Virus record (IMG/VR): IMGVR_UViG_3300025789_000001
Origin: an uncultured virus (IMG/VR IMGVR_UViG_3300025789_000001)
Taxonomy: Duplodnaviria > Heunggongvirae > Uroviricota > Caudoviricetes
DNA length: 64,000 bases
Strand: one strand, 5' to 3'
In this document: in pieces, positions 1-9,400 of the stretch
Layout: every line of letters starts with the position of its first letter
How positions within the stretch are numbered: the first letter of the stretch is position 1
Program-made: the position numbers and the translations under genes
Notes under the pieces: model-generated
What the model was told of the DNA's origin: nothing
Seen by the model: only the letters and a program-made list of their open reading frames with translations
Databases searched by the model: none

Positions 1-2
1 AT

Positions 3-470
3 TCAAGCGCATTTACAGGAACAGGCAACTTTAGCCTTGCAAATGCTGGTTATATTTATACAAATGGCGGTGATTTAGCACTTGGAACTTACAGCGCTAA
101 TGGTATCCATTTTATTGTAAATAATGGCGCTACTGATGCCATGACTATTAGTTCTGCTGGTGTTGTTTCTTTGGGAACAGCACTTGCAGTTGGCTCTGGC
201 GGTACAGGATTGGCATCTTTAACAGCCAACTATATTCCTTATGGTAATGGTACAAGTGCTTTCCAGTCGCTTTCTACGTTTACTTTTGATGGGACAACCC
301 AAGCAGCTCCTGTTCAAAGAGCAAGCCAAGGATTTTTTGTTAATGCTAATACCAATACAGCATCTTATTCTCTTGCTGCTGGGTCCAATATGGTAAGTGC
401 TGGGCCATTTACTGTAGCTACAAGTACAACTATTACTATAGCTACTGGTTCTCGTTGGGTGGTTGTGTAA
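3..470 (+). CDS. Tail fibre protein, C-terminal part (5'-truncated at window edge)
   Basis: Frame is open from base 3; G/T/S/A-rich; ends SAGPFTVATSTTITIATGSRWVVV, a motif shared with 1379..2710. Confidence 0.75.
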   Translation, partial: SSAFTGTGNFSLANAGYIYTNGGDLALGTYSANGIHFIVNNGATDAMTISSAGVVSLGTALAVGSGGTGLASLTANYIPYGNGTSAFQSLSTFTFDGTTQAAPVQRASQGFFVNANTNTASYSLAAGSNMVSAGPFTVATSTTITIATGSRWVVV

Positions 471-1375
471 TGTTTGGTTTATCTACCTTTGCTCAAACGC
501 CTTTTGCTGCATTAGGTGGCGGAAATCAATTTGTTTTTTCAATTACAGAAAATTTTGGAGCAGCAGATAGCAATACACAAACCTGGTCGTTTTTACAATC
601 TTTAACCGAACCGTTTACTGCTGGCGATGTTAATTCTGAAGCTGGATTATTTTTTGAAAGCATAGTAGAAACCCTAACTTCAAATGATTCTAGTACTCAG
701 CTAAGTGCTTTTTTACAAACCCTTACTGAAAACTTAAATCCAGCAGATACTCCTACTATTGCAGCACAGTTTTCCGTCAATGATACCGAAAACATAGGGG
801 CTGGAGATTCTAGCGTTCAATACTTTGCAGCCAAGCAGACTGACACAGAAAATGTTAATTTAGGGGATTCAAATACCCAACAGTCAGCATTTTTACAAAC
901 CAAAACTGAAAATTTTATACCTGCAGATACGGTTTCAATTGCTGCTCAATTTAATTCCGCTATTACCGAAAATTTTGTGGCAGCCGAAATAGATTCAATT
1001 GCTGCTCAATTTAAGTCCGCTATTACCGAAAATAGCACGGTGGCCGATATAGCAGCTATTTTTAGTGTTTTCTATTTAAGTATTGTAGAAGATTCTAAAC
1101 CCGCAGACTCTGCTATAGCTATAAATCATTTTGCATTAGCTATTACAGAAACCTTTAGTCTTTTAGATTCTAGTTCACAGCAATCAGCGTTTTTAGAGTC
1201 AATTCTTGAAAATTCTTACCTTTTAGATGCATTAGTCACTCGTGGTTGGGTAAAAATTAATGACAACGGATTGTCTACATGGAACAATATTAACAATACA
1301 GGAAGCGTTAATTGGACTATAATTAATGACACTCAAACCCCTGTATGGACCCCTATTAACAATTCTCAAGGGTAG
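470..1375 (+). CDS. Putative tail/virion structural protein with ~20-aa acidic repeats
   Basis: ATG overlaps upstream stop (TAATG); MFGLSTFAQTPFA start; repeated F..S.TE...AD units; Trp-spaced C-terminus. Confidence 0.6.
   Translation: MFGLSTFAQTPFAALGGGNQFVFSITENFGAADSNTQTWSFLQSLTEPFTAGDVNSEAGLFFESIVETLTSNDSSTQLSAFLQTLTENLNPADTPTIAAQFSVNDTENIGAGDSSVQYFAAKQTDTENVNLGDSNTQQSAFLQTKTENFIPADTVSIAAQFNSAITENFVAAEIDSIAAQFKSAITENSTVADIAAIFSVFYLSIVEDSKPADSAIAINHFALAITETFSLLDSSSQQSAFLESILENSYLLDALVTRGWVKINDNGLSTWNNINNTGSVNWTIINDTQTPVWTPINNSQG
934..1033 (+). repeat. Intragenic tandem repeat, 60-nt period
   Basis: TTCAATTGCTGCTCAATTTAA(T/G)TCCGCTATTACCGAAAAT at 934-973 and 994-1033. Confidence 0.85.
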
Positions 1376-1378
1376 TTT

Positions 1379-2710
1379 ATGGCATCACAATATACAACCA
1401 GCTTAAAAATACAAGAAATTGGTAATGGTGAACAGTCTGGCACCTGGGGATCAACCACAAATACAAACTGGACGTTAATAGAACAAGCCGTAGCTGGAGT
1501 GGCATCTATTACGATGTCCAATGCTAACTTTACATTACAGACCCTAAATGGCGTTTCTCAGTCTCCAGATGGCAGAAGTGCAGTTTTAATAGTAACTGGA
1601 ACAAATTCCGCAGTTTATCAAGTAATAACTCCATTAGTTTCAAAGACTTACATTGTATCTAATCAAACTACAGGAGGATATGCTATTACCATTGGAGGCG
1701 CTACGGGATCGACAGTTACTATTCCAAATGGTACTACAACATTAGTTTATTGTGATGGGACAAACTTTTATTCTGCTTTGTCTGGATCTACTGGAAACTT
1801 TATTGTAGGCGGCAATTTAACCGTTCAAGGTAATTCTTCTCTTTCTAACGCAATTTATACATATCCAGTAGCAACTAGCACTTCATCTACTATATCTGGA
1901 ACTGTATTGACAATTGGTGGAACGGTAACTGGAACTTATTTTGTAGGCCAAATATTGTATGGAACAGGCATTACATCAGGAACCTATATTACTTCTTTGG
2001 GTACTGGAACTGGACAGGCTGGAACATATAATATCAGTGTTTCTCAAACCATTTCTTCAGGACAAGCCATCAATGGATATGCTGGTTCTTCACTAATAAA
2101 TCCATATGTTTCAAACAACTTAAGTGTATATGGAGCAGCTAAAATTGGTGGTGTATTAACTGTTGCTAGTGATGCTTTGTTTACTGGTACTGGTGAAATT
2201 GCACTTCCTTCAGGAACTTCTGCCCAGAGATCTGTATTACCTAATTATGGTATGTTCCGATATAACACAACAACCAATCAGTTTGAAGGATATAACGCTC
2301 AAGCTGGTTCTGCTATTTCCAGCATTACTTTTGTTACCACAACGGCTACTTTAACTACATCCACAAGTCATGGACTATCTACGGGTGCTGTAGTTACTAT
2401 TTCGGGGGCATCCCCAGCCGCTTATAACGGTACATTTAGTATTACAGTTACAGGAACTACAACATTTACTTACACAATGGCTTCAAACCCAGGGGCAAAT
2501 GCATCTCCAGTAGGTAGCTATACAACTGGATATTGGGGTCAAGTAGGTGGCGGGGCACAGGCTCAAGGCGTTGTCTACGAAAATGGACAGACCATTACTT
2601 CTAACTATACAATGACATCTGGAAATAATGGTGAATCTGCTGGACCAATTACGGTAGCAACAGGTATCACAGTTACTATACCAACTGGCTCACGTTGGGT
2701 AATCGTTTAA
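1379..2710 (+). CDS. Tail fibre/tail structural protein
   Basis: MASQYTTSLKIQEIGNGEQSGTWG N-terminus, GMFRYNTTTNQFEGY motif, C-terminal GSRWVIV motif. Confidence 0.75.
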   Translation: MASQYTTSLKIQEIGNGEQSGTWGSTTNTNWTLIEQAVAGVASITMSNANFTLQTLNGVSQSPDGRSAVLIVTGTNSAVYQVITPLVSKTYIVSNQTTGGYAITIGGATGSTVTIPNGTTTLVYCDGTNFYSALSGSTGNFIVGGNLTVQGNSSLSNAIYTYPVATSTSSTISGTVLTIGGTVTGTYFVGQILYGTGITSGTYITSLGTGTGQAGTYNISVSQTISSGQAINGYAGSSLINPYVSNNLSVYGAAKIGGVLTVASDALFTGTGEIALPSGTSAQRSVLPNYGMFRYNTTTNQFEGYNAQAGSAISSITFVTTTATLTTSTSHGLSTGAVVTISGASPAAYNGTFSITVTGTTTFTYTMASNPGANASPVGSYTTGYWGQVGGGAQAQGVVYENGQTITSNYTMTSGNNGESAGPITVATGITVTIPTGSRWVIV

Positions 2711-2719
2711 GGAAAAATT

Positions 2720-3109
2720 ATGGCAGGCACACTAGTCGCAAACACAATTAACACCGATACAGGTCTATTTAGCACCAATAATGCTTATGCTGGTATTGCT
2801 AAAGCATGGGTAATGTATGGGGTAAGTGGTACAACACCCACAATTACTCAATCTTTTAATGTAAGTTCAGTTACTTATGTATCTACTGGAGTTTTTACAG
2901 TTACATTTGCCACAGCCATGCCTAATGCAAATTACGCCCCAATTGCAACAGCATCAATTAATTCAGCATCAAATTCTGTTATTTATAGTTGGCTATTTGG
3001 AAATGGGTATAACGCCCCTTCAACAACATCATTTAATATTAGTTATTTGAATCAAGGTCAAAGTTTAGATAACCCGAAATATGCTTCTGTTGCAGTATTC
3101 AGTTCATAA
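2720..3109 (+). CDS. Small tail-fibre/receptor-binding-like protein (paralogue of 3120..3509)
   Basis: RBS AAGGA; AKAWV...SFNVSSVT...F..ANY beta-rich motif. Confidence 0.6.
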   Translation: MAGTLVANTINTDTGLFSTNNAYAGIAKAWVMYGVSGTTPTITQSFNVSSVTYVSTGVFTVTFATAMPNANYAPIATASINSASNSVIYSWLFGNGYNAPSTTSFNISYLNQGQSLDNPKYASVAVFSS

Positions 3110-3119
3110 AGGATAAATC

Positions 3120-3509
3120 ATGGCAGGAACAATAGTCGCAGATACAATTCAAGATGGTGCTGGTAATAGCACAGCAATGGATAATGCCATTTATGGTAGT
3201 GCAAAGGCTTGGGTTACATATAGTTTAACAACTCAAACTATATTGGCATCTTATAATGTAGGTTCAGTTACCTATAACAGCACAGGAAATTTTACAATTA
3301 ATTTTACTAATGCTTTAGCTGATGCCAATTATTGTGTTACAGCTTGTGCTACTTCTTATAACCCAAGCGATATTAATAGAGAATTAATGATTTGTGGTTC
3401 AAACGGTTCTCCTTTTCAAAAAACAGCATCAGCATTAAGAATGATTCAAGGTTATGGTAGCAATCCTGGAAACGATGTTCAACCCGCTTGTGTAGCAGTA
3501 TTCAGATAA
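3120..3509 (+). CDS. Small tail-fibre/receptor-binding-like protein
   Basis: MAGTIVADTI...AKAWV...SYNVGSVT...ANY; paralogue of the upstream gene. Confidence 0.6.
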   Translation: MAGTIVADTIQDGAGNSTAMDNAIYGSAKAWVTYSLTTQTILASYNVGSVTYNSTGNFTINFTNALADANYCVTACATSYNPSDINRELMICGSNGSPFQKTASALRMIQGYGSNPGNDVQPACVAVFR

Positions 3510-3522
3510 AAAAGGAAAAAAA

Positions 3523-3927
3523 ATGACCCAAGTAATAATTTTTAAAAATGATAATGGCAATGTTTCTGTAACAACACCAACAGGTGAATTGCCTATTGGT
3601 GAAGTATTAACAAAAGATTGCCCTGCTGGTGCAATTATTGTTGATGATTCTGTATTGCCTACTGGCTCAGATGCTCAATTCTTTGATGCTTGGGAATTAT
3701 CAGGCTCAACAGTAACAGTAAACTTTACTAAAGCACAAGCTATTAAACTAGCCCAATTCAATGCTGCTGCGGTTCAAGTAGCCCAAAAGCGTCAATTAAA
3801 TACATTAGCTGGTATTGCTAATGCTGTATCTGATGCTGACTTTACTGCGGAACTAACGGCTGGTCGGGCAAGCATTGCATCTGCTACAACGACTGCACAA
3901 CTCGTTGCAATCGCTAATCCTGTTTAA
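3523..3927 (+). CDS. Putative tail fibre assembly chaperone
   Basis: Follows RBP-like genes; IIVDDSVLP...FFDAWE motif plus helical C-terminus. Confidence 0.5.
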   Translation: MTQVIIFKNDNGNVSVTTPTGELPIGEVLTKDCPAGAIIVDDSVLPTGSDAQFFDAWELSGSTVTVNFTKAQAIKLAQFNAAAVQVAQKRQLNTLAGIANAVSDADFTAELTAGRASIASATTTAQLVAIANPV

Positions 3928-3936
3928 GGAATAATT

Positions 3937-4368
3937 ATGTCAGTATCTTTATATGGTAGTGGTCAGACAGTATTGCAGGTAGTTTCGTCTACTTATACAT
4001 CTTCTTTTGGAACAAGTAGCACATCTTTTGTTTCAACAGGATATTCTGCATCTATTACCCCTCAATCCACCACAAGCAAAATTTTAGTTTTAGTTACAGG
4101 TGGCATGGTATCAACTGCATCTGGTCAAACCATGACAGGAACAATTTATAGAGGCTCTACAAATCTTGGAGATTCCACAAGAGGTTTAGTTGAATACTAT
4201 GTAAGCGGAACTTTGCAAGCTCCAGCAAATATGGGAATTGTTGATTCTCCTTCAACAACTTCTTCAACTACATATACTATTTATGCAAAAACTGGAGGCG
4301 GTACTGCAACATGGAATATTGACCCATGCGTAGGTTCTATTATATTAATTGAAATTTCAGGAAGCTAA
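3937..4368 (+). CDS. Small tail-fibre/receptor-binding-like protein
   Basis: VLQVV...ASITPQSTTSKILV...DSPSTTSSTTYTIY...IEISG pattern. Confidence 0.6.
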   Translation: MSVSLYGSGQTVLQVVSSTYTSSFGTSSTSFVSTGYSASITPQSTTSKILVLVTGGMVSTASGQTMTGTIYRGSTNLGDSTRGLVEYYVSGTLQAPANMGIVDSPSTTSSTTYTIYAKTGGGTATWNIDPCVGSIILIEISGS

Positions 4369-4369
4369 T

Positions 4370-4618
4370 ATGGCAACAATTATTGACGCAATTTTTGCTT
4401 TAAATTCAACTATTGTTACTGTGCGTGGTAATGTCGCATACGACAAAAACGAACAAGTAGTTCAATACGACCTAGCTGCTGCACAAGCTAAATTGGTAGA
4501 ACTACAAGCTGCCGAAGCAAAAGCTGAACAAGCTGCTAAAGACGCAAAGGCTTCTGCACTAGCTAAACTAACAGCATTAGGACTAACACAAGCTGAAGTA
4601 ACTGCACTTTTAGGATAA
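4370..4618 (+). CDS. Putative tail fibre chaperone
   Basis: Follows RBP-like gene; C-terminal KASALAKLTALGLTQAEVTALLG helix. Confidence 0.5.
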   Translation: MATIIDAIFALNSTIVTVRGNVAYDKNEQVVQYDLAAAQAKLVELQAAEAKAEQAAKDAKASALAKLTALGLTQAEVTALLG

Positions 4619-4620
4619 CT

Positions 4621-4800
4621 ATGAACTTTACATTTACTTGGATTATGGACAAATTAGGCTATATGCCTAAGATTGATATGGAAATTGGTAAAGTGGTTGA
4701 GCCTTGGTCTTTTCCTGTGGAAAAAGAAACTATTAAAAAACAGGTAAAAAAGAAACCAACCGTACAAAAAGCTACTACCCGCAAAGCCAAAAAAGTGTAA
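4621..4800 (+). CDS. Hypothetical protein, 59 aa, Lys-rich C-terminus (not in ORF track)
   Basis: ATG 4621 after AGGA, TAA at 4798-4800; exactly fills the gap in the operon. Confidence 0.6.
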   Translation: MNFTFTWIMDKLGYMPKIDMEIGKVVEPWSFPVEKETIKKQVKKKPTVQKATTRKAKKV

Positions 4801-4801
4801 T

Positions 4802-5038
4802 ATGGAATGGCTAAAACAGTTAGTAACAGGAAAAGATAATAAGACCCACGATATTGCTCGTTGGTCTTGGGTTACTACTACTATTGCCACAATCATAGGT
4901 GCTGCCTGGAATGCTGTTCATGGTGGTGTTATGGATTTAATGCAATTTGCACAAGCAATAGGAATCATTTCTGGAGCACATGGAGCATCGGTAATGATGA
5001 AGCAAAACTCAGAACCTGATGCATCGGATTCAAAATGA
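4802..5038 (+). CDS. Putative holin / small membrane protein
   Basis: Two hydrophobic segments; lies in the lysis cluster. Confidence 0.55.
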   Translation: MEWLKQLVTGKDNKTHDIARWSWVTTTIATIIGAAWNAVHGGVMDLMQFAQAIGIISGAHGASVMMKQNSEPDASDSK

Positions 5039-5442
5039 TTTATGGAAATTACATCAAAATTCTATTACTTATTGGTCTTGTATGCGGTGTGTTTTTCGCT
5101 GGCTGGCATACTAGGGATCGTGATTTTACTATTTACAAAGATCAAGTTCGCATTGCATCCGAAAAACAACAAGCGGAAAACGAATCAATCCAGAAACAAC
5201 AAGCATTAGTTACCAAAGGAATACAAGATGAATATGATGCGAAACTTAGTCTTTTGCGCCAGTATTATGCTAACGGGGTGCGGAACAACAATGGTTCCAG
5301 TCCAGTGTCCAGCATTTCCTCAACCTCCAAGCTCTCTGATGCAATCACCGCCTACAATCAACTTGCTTCAGATTGCGCAGCCACAACCCTCCAAGTAGTT
5401 ACGCTCCAGCAATGGGTTAACGAACAATTAGGTATTAAATGA
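5035..5442 (+). CDS. Rz-like spanin
   Basis: N-terminal TM helix, coiled coil, C-terminal C...LQQWV motif; next to endolysin. Confidence 0.6.
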   Translation: MIYGNYIKILLLIGLVCGVFFAGWHTRDRDFTIYKDQVRIASEKQQAENESIQKQQALVTKGIQDEYDAKLSLLRQYYANGVRNNNGSSPVSSISSTSKLSDAITAYNQLASDCAATTLQVVTLQQWVNEQLGIK

Positions 5443-5654
5443 GAAAAGAGCAATTAGCCGCTTGGGTTACTTTGATTGCTACTTTTACTTTATGTGTAAC
5501 GGTAGTAGCTATGGTAAGCGTGTTTATGATGGGTTTTTTTGACCCTCAAGTAGATAACAATAAGTTATTTGAAATAGTCGGACCAGCTTTTCAAACTATT
5601 GTAGGTGGCTTTATTGGATTAATTACAGGTATTAAAATAGGTTCAGACGAATGA
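5439..5654 (+). CDS. Small two-TM membrane protein (holin candidate)
   Basis: Two hydrophobic helices; GPAFQTIVGGFIGL. Confidence 0.5.
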   Translation: MRKEQLAAWVTLIATFTLCVTVVAMVSVFMMGFFDPQVDNNKLFEIVGPAFQTIVGGFIGLITGIKIGSDE

Positions 5655-6247
5655 AACCAGAACAATTAACACAGCTTGGTATTGATGCGGCCAAATGGTA
5701 TACGCCATTAATAGATATGTTTGCTCGCTACAACATTAATACCGTTCAACGCCAAGCATCTTTTATAGGACAGTGCCAACATGAGTCAAACAATTTCAGA
5801 ACTTTGGAAGAGAACCTTCATTACTCTGCCGATGGACTTATGCGTACATGGCCCTCAAGATTTCCTAGTCGAGATGTGGCTGAACAATATGCAGAAAATC
5901 CAGAAAAAATCGCTAACAAAGTATACGCAGGACGTATGGGAAATGGCACAGAAGAATCTGGAGACGGCTGGAAATATCATGGGCGTGGTGTAATTCAATT
6001 AACGGGTAAAGAAAACTATGTCAATTTTGGATCTGCTGTTGGTATTGACCTTACTGGCAACCCAGACTGCCTTGTTGATCCTCGCTATGCAGCTTTAAGT
6101 GCTGGTTGGTTTTGGAATAAAAAAGGTTTGAATGACTTAGCAGATAAACAAGATTACAAAACCATGACAGAAAGAATTAATGGTGGATTACTTGGATTAG
6201 AAGATAGAAAATTAAAGATATCTAAAGCACAAGAAGTTTTATCATGA
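5651..6247 (+). CDS. Endolysin, glycoside hydrolase family 19
   Basis: QCQHES, ENLHYS, YHGRGVIQLTGKENY, SAGWFW, INGG..GLEDR motifs. Confidence 0.9.
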   Translation: MKPEQLTQLGIDAAKWYTPLIDMFARYNINTVQRQASFIGQCQHESNNFRTLEENLHYSADGLMRTWPSRFPSRDVAEQYAENPEKIANKVYAGRMGNGTEESGDGWKYHGRGVIQLTGKENYVNFGSAVGIDLTGNPDCLVDPRYAALSAGWFWNKKGLNDLADKQDYKTMTERINGGLLGLEDRKLKISKAQEVLS

Positions 6248-9060
6248 CATTGAAAAAATTATCACTTAAACCAGGAATAAACCGTGAAGGTACTTCTTAC
6301 AGTACTTCTGGCACCTGGTTTGATGGTGATAAAGTGCGCTTTCGTTCTGGTTTGCCAGAAAAAATTGGTGGTTGGGGACAGTTTTCACCAAATCAATATA
6401 TTGGAACTTGCCGTTCATTATGGGTTTGGCTTGATGGTGATTCTGGTGTGGGTAATCTGTATGTTGGACTTGGAACCAGTTCAAAATATTATATTTACAA
6501 TGGCGGCACATACAATGACATTACTCCAATTTCGCAAACTAGTTCATTAACTAATCCTTTTTCGGCAACATCAGGTTCTAAAACTATTACAGTAACTGAT
6601 GCCACATATGCACCAAATGTTGGTGACTATGTTATTTTTACTAGCACAACAACTGTTGGTGGTTTAACCATTTCTGGCGAATATGTTATTGCTTCAATTT
6701 CTGGCCCAACAACTTATACAATTACAGCAAACACCGCAGCAGGATCTACTGGAACTGGCGGTGGTACAGTAACGGCATCTTATGAATATCCAACTGGTGG
6801 TAATTCTTATTCAAGCGGTCTTGGGTGGGGCGCTGGCCCTTGGGGTGGTCCATTAACTCCAATTACTTATTCTTTAAATATTAATCCATTTGCTATTACT
6901 TCTAGCAGCAGCACAGTAACCGTTACACAAGCTGCTCATGGTATGCCAAATGGAACTTATGTGGCATTTTCTGGTTCCTCTAGTGTTGGGAACATTAATG
7001 CTACTGTTTTAAATTCTACTTATCAAATTTCAGGCGTTACAACTAATACCTATAACATTACATTACCAAGTGGTTTGACAGCCACATCAACAACTACTGG
7101 TGGTGGAGGTAATGTGAAGGTCACTGAACAAAGCCCATTGCCTGTTTCTGCGGGTTCATTTGTTGTTGGAAAACAATATATTATTGAATATGTTGGAACA
7201 ACTGACTTTACTTTAATTGGCGCATCATCAAATACTATAGGGGTCACTTTTACTGCTACTGGTGTTGGATCTGGAACAGGCCAAGCTTCTTTAACAACAA
7301 ACCGTCCTTGGGGAACACCTTACTCTTCTGGGGTAGCGGTTCAATTACGTTTATGGTCTAATGATAACTATGGTGCTGATCTATTATTAGCACCCCGTGG
7401 TGGTTCAATTTTTTATTGGCAAGATCAAAATACTGTTAGTACTCGTGCACAATATTTATCAACATTAGCTAATAACACCACTTTAATAAGCGGTGATACC
7501 ACTAGTTTTAGTTCTGGATCTACCTCGATAACAGTAAGTTCTGCTAATGCTCCATATATCTATCCATTTTCATACATAACTGGTACAGGCATACCAGCTA
7601 ATACTTATATCGTAACTATTAATAACGTCACTGGCGTTGCAACTATTAGCCAGTCTACTACTGCAGCAAGTACAGGAACATATAGTTATTCTTATTCTGG
7701 TGCGTTTGTGCCATCACAGACTTATCAAGTGATATCGTCTGAAGTGCAGCAATTTGTTTTAACATTTGGGTCAAACCCCTATGTTCCTAATTATGCTTCT
7801 GGAACAGGTATAAGTACTTTTAATCCTTTATTGGTTCGCTGGTCAGACCAAGGAAACGCTTATCAGTGGGTTCCAGAACAAACCAATCAAGCTGGTGAAT
7901 ATACTCTTACTAATGGTTCATTTATCATGGGTGCTCGTGCTACCCGTCAGGAAATATTAGTTTGGACTGATTCTGCCATCTATTCTATGCAGTATATTGG
8001 TGCTCCATATGTTTGGGGATTCCAATTACTAATGGACAATATTTCTATTATGTCTCCAAACTGTATGATTACAGTCAACAATGTAACTTACTGGATGGGT
8101 AGAGACCGATTCTACTTGTATGACGGCACAGTAAAAACATTACCATGTGCATTAAAACAATACATTTATGATGACATTAACCAGTCACAAAATTACCAAA
8201 TTTTTGCTGGGGCTAATGAAGGGTTTAATGAAATCTGGTGGTTCTACGTTAGCAATGAAAGCACGACTAATATTGTAGACAGATATGTTGTTTACAATTA
8301 TTTAGAAAATATTTGGTATTATGGCTCAATGTCTAGAAATGCTTGGTACCAAACAGGCGTTCAGCAATACCCAATTGCATCAACTTATTACACTAATGCC
8401 TTATTTACTGGGTCAATTACTGGCAATACATTAACAGTGAGCTCAATGAATACAGGGTCTTTAGCAGTTGGGCAAATACTTTTAGCTCCAGGAATTGTGC
8501 CAAATACTACTATTACGGCTTTAGGAACAGGTACTGGTGGAGTTGGAACTTATACTATTAGCAATAGTAATATGATCTCGTCCCAATCTATGTCTACTAC
8601 AAATGGTAATGGTGTTCTTTTAAATCATGAATTTGGAACAGATGATCTTTCCACCAATTATGCTTTGCCAATAAACTCCTATATCACTTCTTCTGATATA
8701 GAAATCAGTCCAGAAGATGCAGGACAACATTTTGGTTTTGTTTGGAGAATGTTGCCTGACGTAAACTTTACAGGATCAAACACCTATAACACTCAATCTA
8801 ATCCACAAGTTACGATTAAGCTGTTACCTCGCCAAAACTCAGGATCCCCTTATACATCTGCTGATGCCCCTAATGTACTTAGTTCACAGGCTTATGGAAC
8901 ACCAAGCCCATCTGAATATGTAGTCCAAGAGTTTACTGGTCAAGTCTATACCCGTTTACGAGGCCGTCAAATGGCGTTTACCATTAGTTCAAACCAATTG
9001 GGAGTTGCTTGGCAGCTTGGAACCCCACGTTTTGATATCAGACCAGATGGACGTAGATAA
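6244..9060 (+). CDS. Tail stabilisation/nozzle protein (P22 gp10-like) with inserted beta-domains
   Basis: PGINRE...DKVRFR.G.PEKIGGW N-terminus, VRWSDQ, FNEIWWFY, C-terminal RLRGRQ...WQLG.PRFDIRPDGRR. Confidence 0.75.
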   Translation: MTLKKLSLKPGINREGTSYSTSGTWFDGDKVRFRSGLPEKIGGWGQFSPNQYIGTCRSLWVWLDGDSGVGNLYVGLGTSSKYYIYNGGTYNDITPISQTSSLTNPFSATSGSKTITVTDATYAPNVGDYVIFTSTTTVGGLTISGEYVIASISGPTTYTITANTAAGSTGTGGGTVTASYEYPTGGNSYSSGLGWGAGPWGGPLTPITYSLNINPFAITSSSSTVTVTQAAHGMPNGTYVAFSGSSSVGNINATVLNSTYQISGVTTNTYNITLPSGLTATSTTTGGGGNVKVTEQSPLPVSAGSFVVGKQYIIEYVGTTDFTLIGASSNTIGVTFTATGVGSGTGQASLTTNRPWGTPYSSGVAVQLRLWSNDNYGADLLLAPRGGSIFYWQDQNTVSTRAQYLSTLANNTTLISGDTTSFSSGSTSITVSSANAPYIYPFSYITGTGIPANTYIVTINNVTGVATISQSTTAASTGTYSYSYSGAFVPSQTYQVISSEVQQFVLTFGSNPYVPNYASGTGISTFNPLLVRWSDQGNAYQWVPEQTNQAGEYTLTNGSFIMGARATRQEILVWTDSAIYSMQYIGAPYVWGFQLLMDNISIMSPNCMITVNNVTYWMGRDRFYLYDGTVKTLPCALKQYIYDDINQSQNYQIFAGANEGFNEIWWFYVSNESTTNIVDRYVVYNYLENIWYYGSMSRNAWYQTGVQQYPIASTYYTNALFTGSITGNTLTVSSMNTGSLAVGQILLAPGIVPNTTITALGTGTGGVGTYTISNSNMISSQSMSTTNGNGVLLNHEFGTDDLSTNYALPINSYITSSDIEISPEDAGQHFGFVWRMLPDVNFTGSNTYNTQSNPQVTIKLLPRQNSGSPYTSADAPNVLSSQAYGTPSPSEYVVQEFTGQVYTRLRGRQMAFTISSNQLGVAWQLGTPRFDIRPDGRR

Positions 9061-9362
9061 TGGCTAACCCTATTTATTTAAACTATAACGGGTCAGCTTT
9101 AGTCCCCTCTCCTCCAAATCTACCAAATGCACCAGCGGAATATAGCCAGCAAATAGAGAGTCAATTTTTAAACGTCCTGCGTCTTTACTTTAATCAACTT
9201 AATAACTTCTCCCAAGCTATTTCTACACCAAATTACGGCACAAAAGTAAACAGGCCTACTCAGGGTTTGCAGACTGGTCAGTTTTACTTTGATACCACCT
9301 TAGGTTATCCTATTTGGTATAACGGTTCCAAATGGGTAAATGCTAGTGGAACTGCAGTTTAA
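9060..9362 (+). CDS. Small tail-associated protein
   Basis: LRLYFNQL motif and GQFYFDTTLGYPIWYNGSKWV; coupled to the gp10-like gene. Confidence 0.55.
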   Translation: MANPIYLNYNGSALVPSPPNLPNAPAEYSQQIESQFLNVLRLYFNQLNNFSQAISTPNYGTKVNRPTQGLQTGQFYFDTTLGYPIWYNGSKWVNASGTAV

Positions 9363-9400
9363 ATGGTAAAATTATCTCCAAATAACCTCGTAGGACAGAT

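Noticed and set aside
934..1033. Near-identical 40-nt pair as a DGR TR/VR
   Set aside because: Adjacent in-frame 60-nt tandem unit of a repeat protein, with a single T/G difference
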